Shown piece by piece: positions 24,641 to 36,226 of a DNA stretch of 64,000 bases; positions within the stretch are counted from its first letter, which is position 1; each line of letters starts with the position of its first letter. Source of the stretch: Octopus sinensis (taxonomy: Eukaryota). The position numbers were made by a program, and so were the translations under genes. The stretch is from positions 135,532,001 to 135,596,000 of the forward strand of contig NC_043001.1 in the NCBI RefSeq assembly GCF_006345805.1. The letters run 5' to 3'. The notes beneath the pieces are model-generated. The model saw only the letters and a program-made list of their open reading frames with translations, had not been told where the DNA came from and searched no databases.

Positions 24641-25404
24641 AATCATACTGAAATGCCTCTTGTTCATAGGTCTGTTTGTTCTATCACAGCAGAGACTGAT
24701 CTTCAGTAAGTCCGGGAGGCAATTCCGGGCATGCTTCAGTATTATTTGACCTCTTCAGTGAAATGGTCTTATGAGATCTTGGAATGATGATGAGACATAA
24801 AGATGTTGACTAAATAAACATTGACAAAAGTGACAACTTAAAGAATATAAGAATGAGTTTATTATATAGTGTGTTCAGGAGGAGGTAGAACAAATAGAGA
24901 GACGATGGCAGGACTATGGGGCTAGAGGTGGGAGCCTGTTGGTGGGTGGCTCTGTGCTAATCATTTGAGTGGCTTTCTTTGATACTGTCTTGTTTGGGAT
25001 GTTGCTATTGTTGCTGCTTAATTAAGGTTGTCGTGGAGCCACAGGTAACTATTGCTATCATCTTTCATACCTGTTTCAATTATCTCCCTCAATATGTATC
25101 ATCTAATTAAAGTACTAGCACATAATTAAATGGCCATAACCAAATAACTATAATTAACTGGCCATAATTAGACACCCATAATTAACATAATTGGATGGTC
25201 ATACCCCAACTGAAAATAAATAGATAGATGAAGGAGTATCTACATACACTGTTGTTTGATCTGCTAGAAATAACAACCAAATCCCCATGAAGTCTCTGAT
25301 ATACCAAAACATAGAGTGGCCATGGATAGAATAGCTAAATCATAAGATTTCTTGACCAGAGGCTAAAACAACAAAATCTAGAACGTGATGATAGGAGTTA
25401 AGAC

Positions 25405-25615
25405 TGGTCAACGTTTGTCAAATATATTTAGCAATGGTCAACAGCAGTGAAATATATTTAGCAATGGTCAACAGTAGTCAAATATAGTTAGTAATGGTCA
25501 ACATTGGGCAGATATATTTATAATGATCAGTAGTGGTTAAACATTTAGCAATGGTCAATTGATTGTTAAATATATGTAGCAATGGTCAACAAGTTTCAGA
25601 TATATTTAGTAATGC
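25405..25615. repeat. ~29-bp minisatellite, ~7 degenerate units
   Basis: Unit ~gtcaaatatatttagcaatggtcaacagca. Confidence 0.85.
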
Positions 25616-25844
25616 AGATATTGCTTCAAGTATAGTTATTTGTTTTTTTTTAAGCGCAGCGTCTGGTTGCTGGCTGAAGATATGACAAACTGATAATGCT
25701 ATATCAGCTAAAATAGTTGTAGTTGATTGACAATTGACAAGTCCCTTAACACTTTGGGGGTTGTAGGGGACACTGCAGCCATGCAGCACAGCACACCTAG
25801 TGTGATAAAGCCTGGCAGAGTCCACCCCTCTCCAGGTTAAACTC

Positions 25845-26139
25845 ATTTCTACAGCTGAGTGGACTGCAGCAACGTGAAATGAAGTGTTTTGCTCAAGAAT
25901 GTAATGGATTGCCTGATCCAGGGATTGAAACTACAATCTTACAGTCATGAATCCAACACCCTAACCACTAAGTGATGCCCCTCCACTAATGGTACTCATT
26001 TCTACAGCTGAGCGGACTGGAACAGCATGAAGTGAAGTGTTTTGCTCAAGAGCACAATGTATTGTCTGGTCCAGGAATCAAAACCACAATCCTACGATCA
26101 TGAGTCCAACACCCTAACGACTGAGCCATGTGCCTCCAC
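25845..26139 (-). mobile_element. Two tandem family F SINE heads
   Basis: actcatttctacagctgag...gtgttttgctcaaga...ccctaac.act.ag..atg.cc.ccac at 25845-25986 and 25993-26139. Confidence 0.75.
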
Positions 26140-26992
26140 ATTGTTGCTGATTAGATAGACTTATAATGAAAAGTATTCCAGTCACGACCCTCCTGTCTTT
26201 TCTCAAACTACAATGCATGTATAGCTTCATTTACACATTATGGCCTTCATTTTTAATATGATAAGAAATTATTTGGTTGTTATTTCTAGCAGGTCAAGCA
26301 ACTATTTAAAATCTCTGTTATCGGCTTGTCTTATAGATGAATATCCGACACTTCCAGATTCATTGCCCATTTATGACATGATTGGTGCTTTAGAAATACA
26401 AGCAATAGTGGCCTCTCTATCTCTGTCTCTCAATCTTGATTATGTATATGCACATACCTGAGCATTTCTGAATGAAATATTTTTGAGGAAGACTTGCAGC
26501 TATTCAAACATACAAGTATTCCCTCTCAACCCAAGTCGGCAGCCTTTCCTTTGGACAAGCATTAGTTTATCAAAAAGAAGGGCTGAAGACTTTGGCAGAT
26601 ACACTTTGGTCAGTAGGACAATTGCAGACATTATTGTCATAATGCTAAGATGCAGAATACATACACAAGAAATTTTGCTAGACCCTCTGAACAGTTCCAA
26701 CAATCCAAAGCCCAGGACTAGTAATTTTCTTTTTTCTTTTTATCAATCTCGCGAAAGGATGAATGATAAAGTGGACCTTGCTAAGATTTGAACTCACACT
26801 CTCAATGACTTTGTCAATTAACTGTCATGAAAACAAACGTAGCCCTAATATAGAAAATAAAATCAATTTCTTTCAACTCAAGATGTTGTCAATTCAGAAA
26901 GACAACTTACTGTGGTCGTTGTTATTGTTTACTCAAAGGCAAGTCCTGATGGTCTATGATCAAAGCATTTCTTCTCTGAACACCCTATATAT

Positions 26993-27187
26993 TCTTTTTT
27001 TTTTTCATTTGTTTCAGACATTTGACTGTGGCCATGCTGTAGCACCACCTTTGATTAAACAAATCGACCCCAGGACTTATTCTTTGTAAGCCTAGTACTT
27101 ACTCTATCAGTCTCTTTTGCCAAATCACTAAGTTATGGAGATGTAAACATACCAGCATTGGTTGTCAACGATGGTGGGAGGACAAAC

Positions 27188-27273
<86 letters not shown>

Positions 27274-27390
27274 ATTTCTTTCAATTTCTGTCTCCCAAAT
27301 CCATTCACAAGGCTTTGGTCAGTCTGAGGCTATAGTAGAAGATACTTGCCCAAGGTGTCACACAGTGGGACTGAACCCAGAGCCATGTGA
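26993..27390 (-). mobile_element. SINE family B
   Basis: Near-full copy with internal (CA)n(TA)n, inserted into a family H repeat. Confidence 0.85.
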
Positions 27391-27635
27391 TGGAACTTGT
27401 GACTAAATTTAAGATGAATACAAGTATAACGAGGACTAGAACAGTTAATATGTCTTTTACTTTTTAACTAGTAAGGTGTGATTTAAGGGAAATTTGGCAG
27501 TTATTTCTAGCAGGTTGATTGACTGTGCAGAGACCCCATCCACCATCATTCCCTCATTGTGCTCGGTGATTAGTATGTCTATCAGTCACTTGTATGCCTG
27601 AAGATAGTGGAAATATTAATGCTTTTGTTGCCAAA

Positions 27636-28029
27636 TCTCTCTCTATATAAAGCTGAAGTTGTCTGTGTATGGCAGGTTTGGTAGCCTTCAACTAACACTA
27701 TCTCCTCTGAGACCCTGCAGCGCAAGTTGAACAAAATTGAGAGCATGATAGAAGAAGGCTTGCTCTTCATTCCGTAGAAAATAAAATTTAAATCAGACCA
27801 TGTTAACACCAAAAATTATTTACATCAAAAAAGGTGCTTTTTTTTCTATGAAAATCCTTATTTTTTACGATTTTTTTACTGCTGTGTCACCATTTTTTGG
27901 TGTATTTCAACCAGAAAAATGTTCACTTAAAGAGAATAACAAGCTACATAATGCAAAATTTTTACTTTTCAAAAATTCCAATTCTAAAGGGTCAAAACAA
28001 ACCCAAGCAACGCTGGGCGATACTGCCAG
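27636..28029 (+). mobile_element. Non-autonomous Helitron
   Basis: A|TC 5' end with tatataaagctgaag, subterminal hairpin ccc(a)agcaacgctggg, 3' C(C)AG|T, no TSD. Closely similar copy at 62126-62519. Confidence 0.8.
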
Positions 28030-28175
28030 TTTCTGATAAAATATGCTGCTTTTGTTTCAATTAAGTTTGAAAATAATGAAGAATTCAGTAAAATAACTGC
28101 CATTATTAAGCTGGTATTTGAAACATCAGTTAACATGAAATTTTGATGAAAGGACTTCAGTTAGATCACTTTTAT

Positions 28176-28395
28176 CCTGTAGCATTTAGATTACTCCATC
28201 AAACGTAATACATCTTCATTCTCATTGATTTGAATTAATCGTGAATTATCTAGTAGCTTTAAGATTTCACTAATGTGATTGCTTAAGTTTTGAATGAAAT
28301 TGATAGGTAAAGGTGAGAGGCCAGATTTGGCCAGTTTGAATATAAAACAGGTAGCAAATTTTGGGTTGGATATGGCCGGTTTAAATGCTAAGGGG
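28176..28395. mobile_element. piggyBac-type MITE, family P2
   Basis: Ends gctaaggggTTAA; reverse-complement match to 63322-63540. Confidence 0.8.
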
Positions 28396-28852
28396 TTAAC
28401 AGAGGGACATCGTATCATAAAACCAGAGATGGTCTCAGATGAATTCATATCAAAGGTGTTAAAACAGCATTAAGCTCTGATAGAAATTGGCTCTGAATGA
28501 TCCAAGAAGACTTCATATCTAAGTATTGAATGGAAACTAAAACAGAATTATCCATTTTCCAGATTATTTATATCTTTTCTTTTGAGTGTATATTTCATTA
28601 ATCTGCAGCTAAATACATATCTAAGAATATGAAACCTAATGAAGACGATACAAGTTTAAACTGATTAAATATTGCTTAGTAAATATTGTAAATATAGATT
28701 TAAAGATGAGGCTAATATTCTGGAAGATTATAAATCTTATTAACAATGCCTTGGATATTATATGTCCTAGATACTCTTTTGTTAACTCTTTTGTTAACGT
28801 ATTTTTGTTGAGATAACACTGTCTTTGTTTAATTTATTTTGAAAATAATAAA

Positions 28853-29530
28853 GGCACAAATATGGCTTTGAGGTTGAGAAATTTGTTTCCTAACCATATG
28901 GTCTCAGGTTCAATCCACAGTAAGATACTTTGGTCAACTGTCTCCTGGGCTAACCAAAGCCTTGTGAATGGATTTTTAAATGGAAACTGGAAGAAACCCA
29001 CCATAGACATATGTGAGTGTGTATGTGTATCCCTTTATTATTTAAACCAGCCATATCCAACCAATTAATTCTACATGTTTTATGTTCAAACTGGCCAGAT
29101 CTGATCTCTCACACTTACCCTATAATGTAATTCTAAAAAGAAACACTTACACCATCAAAATCTCAAAGCTATGAGATAATGCATGATTAATTCAAAACAA
29201 TATGAATACATAAGCACTGAATTTGTCAGATTAATATGAATGGTAAAGGGTTATGTGTGTGTCTGTGTGTTCCCTAATCTTGACATCATGTCATAGTCGC
29301 AAACAACCACCACCATCATAGAAGTGATATTGTTTGTTCCCAGTCTTCTGCGAAAACCATGTCTGGCCACTGAGAAATATTTCCGTGCCTGGAAACAGGT
29401 GAGGTCTGGTGACAGGAAGGGCACCCAGTCACAGAAAAATTCTGCTTCAGCAAATTCCATCTGATCCATGCAAGCAGAGAAAACTGGGCATTAAAAATGA
29501 TGATGATGATAATAATGACAATGATGATGA
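28853..29530 (+). mobile_element. SINE family G (B-type head plus RTE-like tail) with a nested P2 MITE at 29031-29250
   Basis: Head 28853-29030, MITE ccctt...aaaggg, tail ...gacaggaagggc...ccatgcaagc...aaaaatgatgatgat. Confidence 0.75.
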
Positions 29531-29922
29531 TAAGAACTTAGTAAAACAAATTTGTCATCATTAAGCTGGTGTACGGAACTTGAATTAACATGAAATTGGG
29601 ATTGAAATTTTAGTTTAGATTGCTTTAAAAGATGAAGTTTTTCTCATAAAACTAAGGATAGTCTCAGGTGGGTTGGTATCAAAAAGGGCAAGAAAACTAA
29701 AATCTGCCTGACCTGGCCAAAATTGGAGTTCAGTTGCTATCCGTTGTCTTCGATAGATAATGGAGAACCAGTCAATGTGTTTGTTTTATGTCTATTTTCC
29801 CATGCTCACATAAGCTGGGGACAGTATGAGGCAGTTTTTTAAAACTGTTGTCTGTAATCAAGTAAGAGTTTCTTTCTATTTTGTTTTTGCATGTTCTATT
29901 ATTTTTCTTTTTTTTTTTTCAG

Positions 29923-30020
29923 GCACTGAGTGATGGTACATACTGTCAACAGGAAAGGTGAAACATCACATCAATATTTCACTCAAGTCATTTGACAAGG
30001 ACAAGTGAATCTGTGAAATG
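29923..30020 (+). other. Candidate 98-nt spliced exon (non-coding or 5' UTR)
   Basis: ~50-nt T-rich tract ending ttttttcAG, and donor ATG|GTAACA. All three frames contain stops. Confidence 0.35.
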
Positions 30021-30260
30021 GTAACATTTGCATGCACACACACACACACACACACACATATATTAATAATTGTATAATTGTTAAATAATAATAAGAAAAC
30101 AAAGATGTGTTAAAGAAGAAGACAAAAACAGGTTAAAGAATTTTCGCTGTCTTATTTGAATGCGTGTGTGTGTGTGTGTATATATATATATATGTTTATT
30201 TTGTTTATTTCCGTAAACCTGCCTTCGTCTTTTGTTTATTTTCATAAAGCTTCCCGTTAT

Positions 30261-30797
30261 ATCATCATCATCATCATCGTTTAACGTCCGTTTTCCGCGC
30301 TAGCACGGGTTGGACGGTTCGACCGGGGTCTGGGGAGCCAGGGGCTGCTCCAGGCTCCAGTCTGATCTGGCAGTGTTTCTACAGCTGGATGCCCTTCCTA
30401 ACGCCAACCACTCCGCGAGTGTAGTGGGTGCTTTTTACGTGCCACCTGCACAGGTGCCAGAGGGGTCTGGCATCGGCCACGATCAGTTGGTGCTTTTTTT
30501 TTTTTTTTTTTGTGCTACCGGCACAGAAGCCATTTCAAGGAGGTGCTGGCATCGGTCACGTTCGGATGGTGCTTTTTATGTGCCACCGGCACAGAAGCCA
30601 GTCGGGGCGGTGCTGGCATTGGCCACGTTCGGATGTTGCTTTTTATGTGCCACCGGCACAGAAGCCATTCGAGGCGGGGTTGGCATCGGTCACATTCGGA
30701 TGGAGCTTTTTATGTGCCACCGGCACAGAAGCCAGTGGAGGCTGCACTGGCAACGGCCACGTTCGGATGGTGCTTTTTATGTGCCACTGGCACAGAT
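30261..30797 (-). mobile_element. 5'-truncated RTE 3' UTR with six ~62-bp units
   Basis: (atc)n tail at 30261. Directly abuts the tail of the long copy. Confidence 0.88.
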
Positions 30798-33700
30798 ATC
30801 ATCATCATCATCATCATCATCATCGTTTAACGTCCGCTTTCCGCGCTAGCACGGGTTGGACGGTTTGACCGGGTCTGGGAAGCCAGGGGCCGCTCCAGGC
30901 TCCAGTCTGAATCTGGCAGAGTTTCTACGGCTGGATGCCCTTCCTAACGCCAACCACTCCGTGAGTGGATTGGGTGCTTTTTACGTGCCACCTGCACAGG
31001 GGCCGGAGGGTCCGGCATCGTCACGATCGGATTCGAGCTTTTAACGTGTCAGCGGCACGGGGGCAACGAGGTCCCGGGTACTTTGGGGATTGGGGTATTT
31101 GGGGATCCGGGTACTTTGGGGATCCGGGGGTACTTTGGGGATCCGGGGTACTTAGAATGGGTAGGGGGGTACTTAGAATGGGTAGGGGGGTACTTAGAAT
31201 GGGTAGGGGGTATGTGGAATTGCTGCAGAAAGCAGCCCGGGTCTTTGTAGTCACAGCATATCTCCAGAGATCTCGGTCCTTCGCCATGTCTCAGTGAGGC
31301 CCAATGCTCTGAGGTCATGCTTGACCACCTCATCCCATGTCTTCCTGGGTCTACCTCTCCCCCTGATACCTTCAACTGTTTGGGAGTGGCACTTCTTCAC
31401 ACATCTCTCTTCATCCATCCGCAGCACATGACCATACCATCGCAAGCGTCGCTCTTGCACACCACATCTGATGCTTCTTATATCCAGCATTTCTCTCAGG
31501 ATACTTACACTCTGTTGCGTGCACACTGACACTACACATCCAGCGGATCATGCTAGCTTCATTTCTTTCAAGTCTACGCATGTCTTCTGCAGTCACAGCC
31601 CATGTTTCATTACCGTGAAGCATGGCAGTTCGCACACATGCATCATATAATCTACCTTTTGCTCTGAGGGAGAGGCCTTTTGTTGCCAGTAGGGGTAGGA
31701 GCTTTCTGAACTTTGCCCAGGCTATTCGTATTCTAGTGGTGATACTCTCTGTGCATCCACCTCCGCTACTAACTTGGTCTCCCAGGTAGCGGAAACTATC
31801 AACTACTTCTAGTTTCTCTCCCTGGAGTGTGATGGAATCTGTTTTCTGAGTGTCTGTTGTGTCTATTGTCCCTGTGCATCTGCCGCACATGAAAGCTATC
31901 TTATCTGTTAATTTCCCTTTAATGTTGCTGCACCTCTTATGTGTCCATAACTTACATTGGGTGCATCTTGATGTTTCTACCTGTACCTTCCTACAGGTTG
32001 AGCAGGGCCACCTACCCGAGGGGATGTGTGTTGAGTACCTCTTGCTGCTTACTAATACTTTGGTCTTTGCTACATTTATTCTAAGGCCCTTTGATTCCAA
32101 CCCTTGCTTCCATACCCGAAATTTCTCTTCTAGTTCCGGTAGTGATTCTGCTATGAGAGCTAGGTCATCGGCATAGAGGAGCTCCCAGGGGCATCCCGTT
32201 TTGAATTCCTCTGTTATTGCTTGAAGTACTATGATGAACAAAAGGGGACTGAGGCTGAGCCCTGGTGCACACCTACTTCTACTCGGAATTTTTCACTATA
32301 TTCGTTGCCAATCCTAACCTTGCTAACAGCCTCTCTGTATAGAGCCTGTACAGCCCTTATTAGCCATTCTTCAATCTCCAGTTTCCGCATCGACCACCAG
32401 ATAAGGGAACGGGGAACCCTGTCAAAGGCTTTCTCCAAGTCTACAAAAGCTATGTAGAGGGGTTTACTTTAGCTAGGTACTTCTCCTGCAGTTGTCGGAC
32501 CAGGAATATAGCATCAGTGGTGCTTCTACCTGGTACAAAACCGAACTGCATTTCATCTAAACAAATTCTCTCCCTAATGAGTGGTTATGACCTTCTCTGA
32601 GACCTTCATCACCTGGTCCAACAGTTTGATACCTCTGTAGTTATTTCTATCTAGAGCATCACCCTTACCCTTGTAGCAGTTGACTATGGTACTGCTGCAC
32701 CAGTCATTGGGTATGGCTCCATTGTGAACTACCTGGTTTACAATGCGGGTGACTATGGCATGGCCCACATAGCCAGCTGTTTTAAGCATCTCAGCAGTGA
32801 TTCCTGATAGGCCAGGGGCTTTGCCTGGTTTCATATCCTTAATTGCCTTATCTACACGGGAGCTGTCTATTCGGGTAGCTGGTCCCTCTACTGGGTCAAC
32901 ATTTGGCAGGCTCTCCTCCTCCCATTCATTCTCCTCATTAGCAGTCTTTCATAATGGCTTCTCCAAGCCTCTTTCTTTTCACTAGTAGTAAAAGCAAGTG
33001 CCCCATCATCCATGCGGACACATTTCTCTCCTATAACATCGCTATTTTCTGACCACTGTCTGGCAATCCGAAATACTTCAGCTCTTTGATCCTCGCGACG
33101 CTGGACATTGGCAAACTTCTTCTTTTCTGCTACATCTTTGGCAATGTATACCTGCCGCCCAGCCTCCCTTTTGGCTATCTGGTACAGTTCCCTGCTGCCC
33201 CCTCCTTCCAGGCTTTCCAGGCTCGTCTCTTTTCACAGATGGCTTTATCTACTGCACTATTCCACCACCACGTAATTCTAGGTCTGGAAGGGACTTTGCA
33301 CCATCCACAAACTTGGTCTGTGGCACTCAACAAGCTGTCCCGTAGGAATTCCAGCTACCTTCTATGTCTGACATCTGAAGCTCCTCTTCCTCTCATCAAA
33401 TTTCTTGATGAGTATGTCTCTAAATTTCTGACCATGCGAAGGGTTCTTTAGCCTCCAAATCCTTCTTTTCTGGATTGGTTTGTTTCTTGGAGTCCTTCTG
33501 GCCTCAAGCTTAAAGTCACTGATGATTAGTCTATGCTGAGGGATACATTCTTCACCCGGGAGGGACTTTGTATTCAAGAGCAACCCTGCATCCCGTTGTC
33601 TGGTGAGGATGAAGTCTATTTGGCTAGCGGAGTCTCCTGACTGATAAGTATAAGGGGGCAGACTGGCTTCTTGAAGTTAGTGTTGCAGATTGAAAGGTTA

Positions 33701-35445
33701 CATGCATCACAGAATTCCAGTAGTCTAGTTCCCTCATCGTTTCTGGTGCCAATACCATATCCACCATGTACCCCAGTGAAGATACCCGATTCCCGCCCAA
33801 CATGCCCGTTAAAATCTCCACCTACAAAGTGAGGTCCTTGTTACTAGTCTTTGAAGTAGCCTGCAGAAGGGTTGGTATCATAAAAGTTGTCCTTCTGATC
33901 ATTTGGTAGTCCCGCTTGTGGGGCATAGGCTGAGATAATCATAGCTGTGCCACTCTGTAGGACCAACCTGAGCTTAAGCACTCTATCACAAACCCTGACA
34001 ACCTCTATGACCTTATCCACCCATTCCTCCGCAAGGAGAATGCCTACACCCCCTACACCTTCCGCGTTACCTTGCCAGTAGAGTTTGTATCTAAGTGCCT
34101 TGCCCGTGAGGACCCTAGCCGAAGCATCTCTCCATCTTACCCTTGTATGCAGCATACATCAACCTGTCTTCTCTCTAGCATCTCTACAATCTCACTAGAC
34201 TTGCCTGTCAATGTACCAACATTGATAGTGCCAACTCTGAAAACTGGGAAGGAGATGTGGGGGGACAGGGGGGATTCGGCGCCTGAGAAGAGGAGGGTTG
34301 TAGTGGTGGTGATAGTTTTCGTGGTATTTTTCTTTTGATCTCTCTTCCAACCTGACCACGCCGTGGGCAGGAGCTGGTGTTAGCAGTGGACATTTGTTAT
34401 CGTCTCTGAGTAACGTAATTAGGTAGAGGAAAGAATACAGATATTCTAGAGTTGAGTTGGGAGGGTCCAGTTGAGGCGGGTAATATAGGGAGCAGCAACC
34501 AGTGGGGAAGGTTGGGGTAAGGAGGAACGATGGCAGGAAGGGTTGGTGTAGGTTCCTAAGAAATAAAAAACGTAGGATATTACGAGGCGGGAGGTACTAA
34601 AAGGGGATGGTCGGATTGACGGGCGGGAGGGTACTAAAAGGGGATGGTCGGATTGAGGCAGTGTCAGGGAAGCGTAAGATCGGGGGCAGTTGATGAGCTA
34701 TGGCGCTAGCAGCTTGTCTTAAGCATATGAGGAGAAGTGGTAGTGGGAGGAGGAGGAGGGAGTAGGGCGTACCCAGGGTAGATGAGTTAAGGTGTATCCG
34801 GTTGTAGATAGAGAGAACGGGTTTATACTGGTATTGGTGGTGGGGGGGTGAGAACAGTGTTCAACGGTATTGGTGGTGGGGGTGGAACAGTGTTCAACGG
34901 TATTGGTGGTGGGGGTGGGGGGCGGGCCACCGCCAATGACTGAAAGATGGGAAAAAGATGGGATTACGGCTTGAGGCAGCCTGCGGTTAAATATTGTAGA
35001 GAGAGAGATAGGAAGATAAATCAAGTTATGGCGAAGGCTTGAAAGTATCCTAAAAAAGGTAAATTTCGTAACAGTGTATGAATAAACGTATAACAACGAA
35101 TAAAAAATATAGTAAGATAAATTTTTTTAAGAACTTGCTGCGGTCATCGAGGGGAGTTGAAATTGAAGAAGAAAGTAGTTGAACTGGGAATTTAAATTGC
35201 AGAATCGTAATAGTAATAGTAATGGCGGTTTTCAAGTTTTAGCATATGAAGAAGAAGAGGAGGAAAAAAAGAAGACCGCCAATGACTGAAAGATGGGAAA
35301 AAGATGGATTACGGCTTGAGGCAGCCTGCGGTTAAATATTGTAGAGAGAGAGATAGGAAGATAAATCAAGTTATGGCGAAGGCTTGAAAGTATCCTAAAA
35401 AAGGTTAAATTTTCGTAACAGTGTATGAATAAACGTATTAACATA
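30798..35445 (-). mobile_element. Near full-length RTE-clade LINE
   Basis: Single APE-RT ORF, (gat)n tail at 30798-30823, repetitive 3' UTR and ~1-kb upstream leader. The 5' boundary is inferred from the compositional change at ~35445. Confidence 0.9.
31230..34393 (-). pseudogene. RTE APE-endonuclease/reverse transcriptase ORF, broken by several frameshifts and stops
   Basis: APE: RVGTINVGTL, IISAYAPQ, GDFNGHVG, IDFIL, QHRL. RT: PGKAPG, NYRGIKLL, EKAFDRVP, GVHQGS, YADD (32164-32175), GLRINVAKTK, FRYLG. C-terminus RWYGHVLRM...GRPRKTW. Confidence 0.93.
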
Positions 35446-35998
35446 TTATATATATATATAACATAACATAACAAAGGTGGCTAGATGCAATATAAAACAA
35501 AAAAGGAAAACTTCAATTGTCACTAATATATATATGACAGGTTTCCATACTATCTCCATCAACAAATTCTACTCATATAGCATGTGTGTGCATGTTTGTG
35601 ATTAACTGTCTCTTTACCTAAGCTAGCTGTCGTTTAATTCTGGGTCAGCTCTGATAAAGTAAACCTATCAAAGACCAAAAGATGTTCCACTATGATCATG
35701 AGCATAAATAGGACCATGTGCCAAGGTGCAGGGGTTGCAAGTGCATTGTCTAAAATTGTTTGAGGGGGTGCAAAATCAAAATTTGCACTCCTAACTTACT
35801 TTTCTTGGGTTTAGAAAACAATGTATAAAACGTGATCTGCAAAAAGTAACTTGAAGTTAGGTTTCTTCTCAAAGAACAAAGAACAAAAAATAGATAAGTA
35901 AAAAAACACAATAACACCCTGTTTGTAAAACATTTTGGACCTGGGTTTGCACCCGCTAAGCAAATTTCATTTCCAAGCCAGTGAATATATATTACTCA

Positions 35999-36226
35999 GG
36001 GCGCTGAGCTGGCAGAAACGTTAGCGCGACGGGCGAAATGCTTCGCAGTATTTCGTCTGTCGTTACGTTCTGAGTTCAAATTCCGTCGAGGTCGACTTTG
36101 TCTTTCATCCTTTCGGGGTCGATAAATAAAGTACCAGTTTCGCACTGGGGTCGATGTAATTTGCTTAATCCGTTTGTCTGTCCTTGATTGTCCTCTCTGT
36201 GTTTAGCCCCTTGTGGGTAATAAAGA
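35999..36226 (+). mobile_element. SINE family A
   Basis: Full copy with 12-bp TSD aatatatattac (35984-35995, 36227-36238). Confidence 0.9.
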
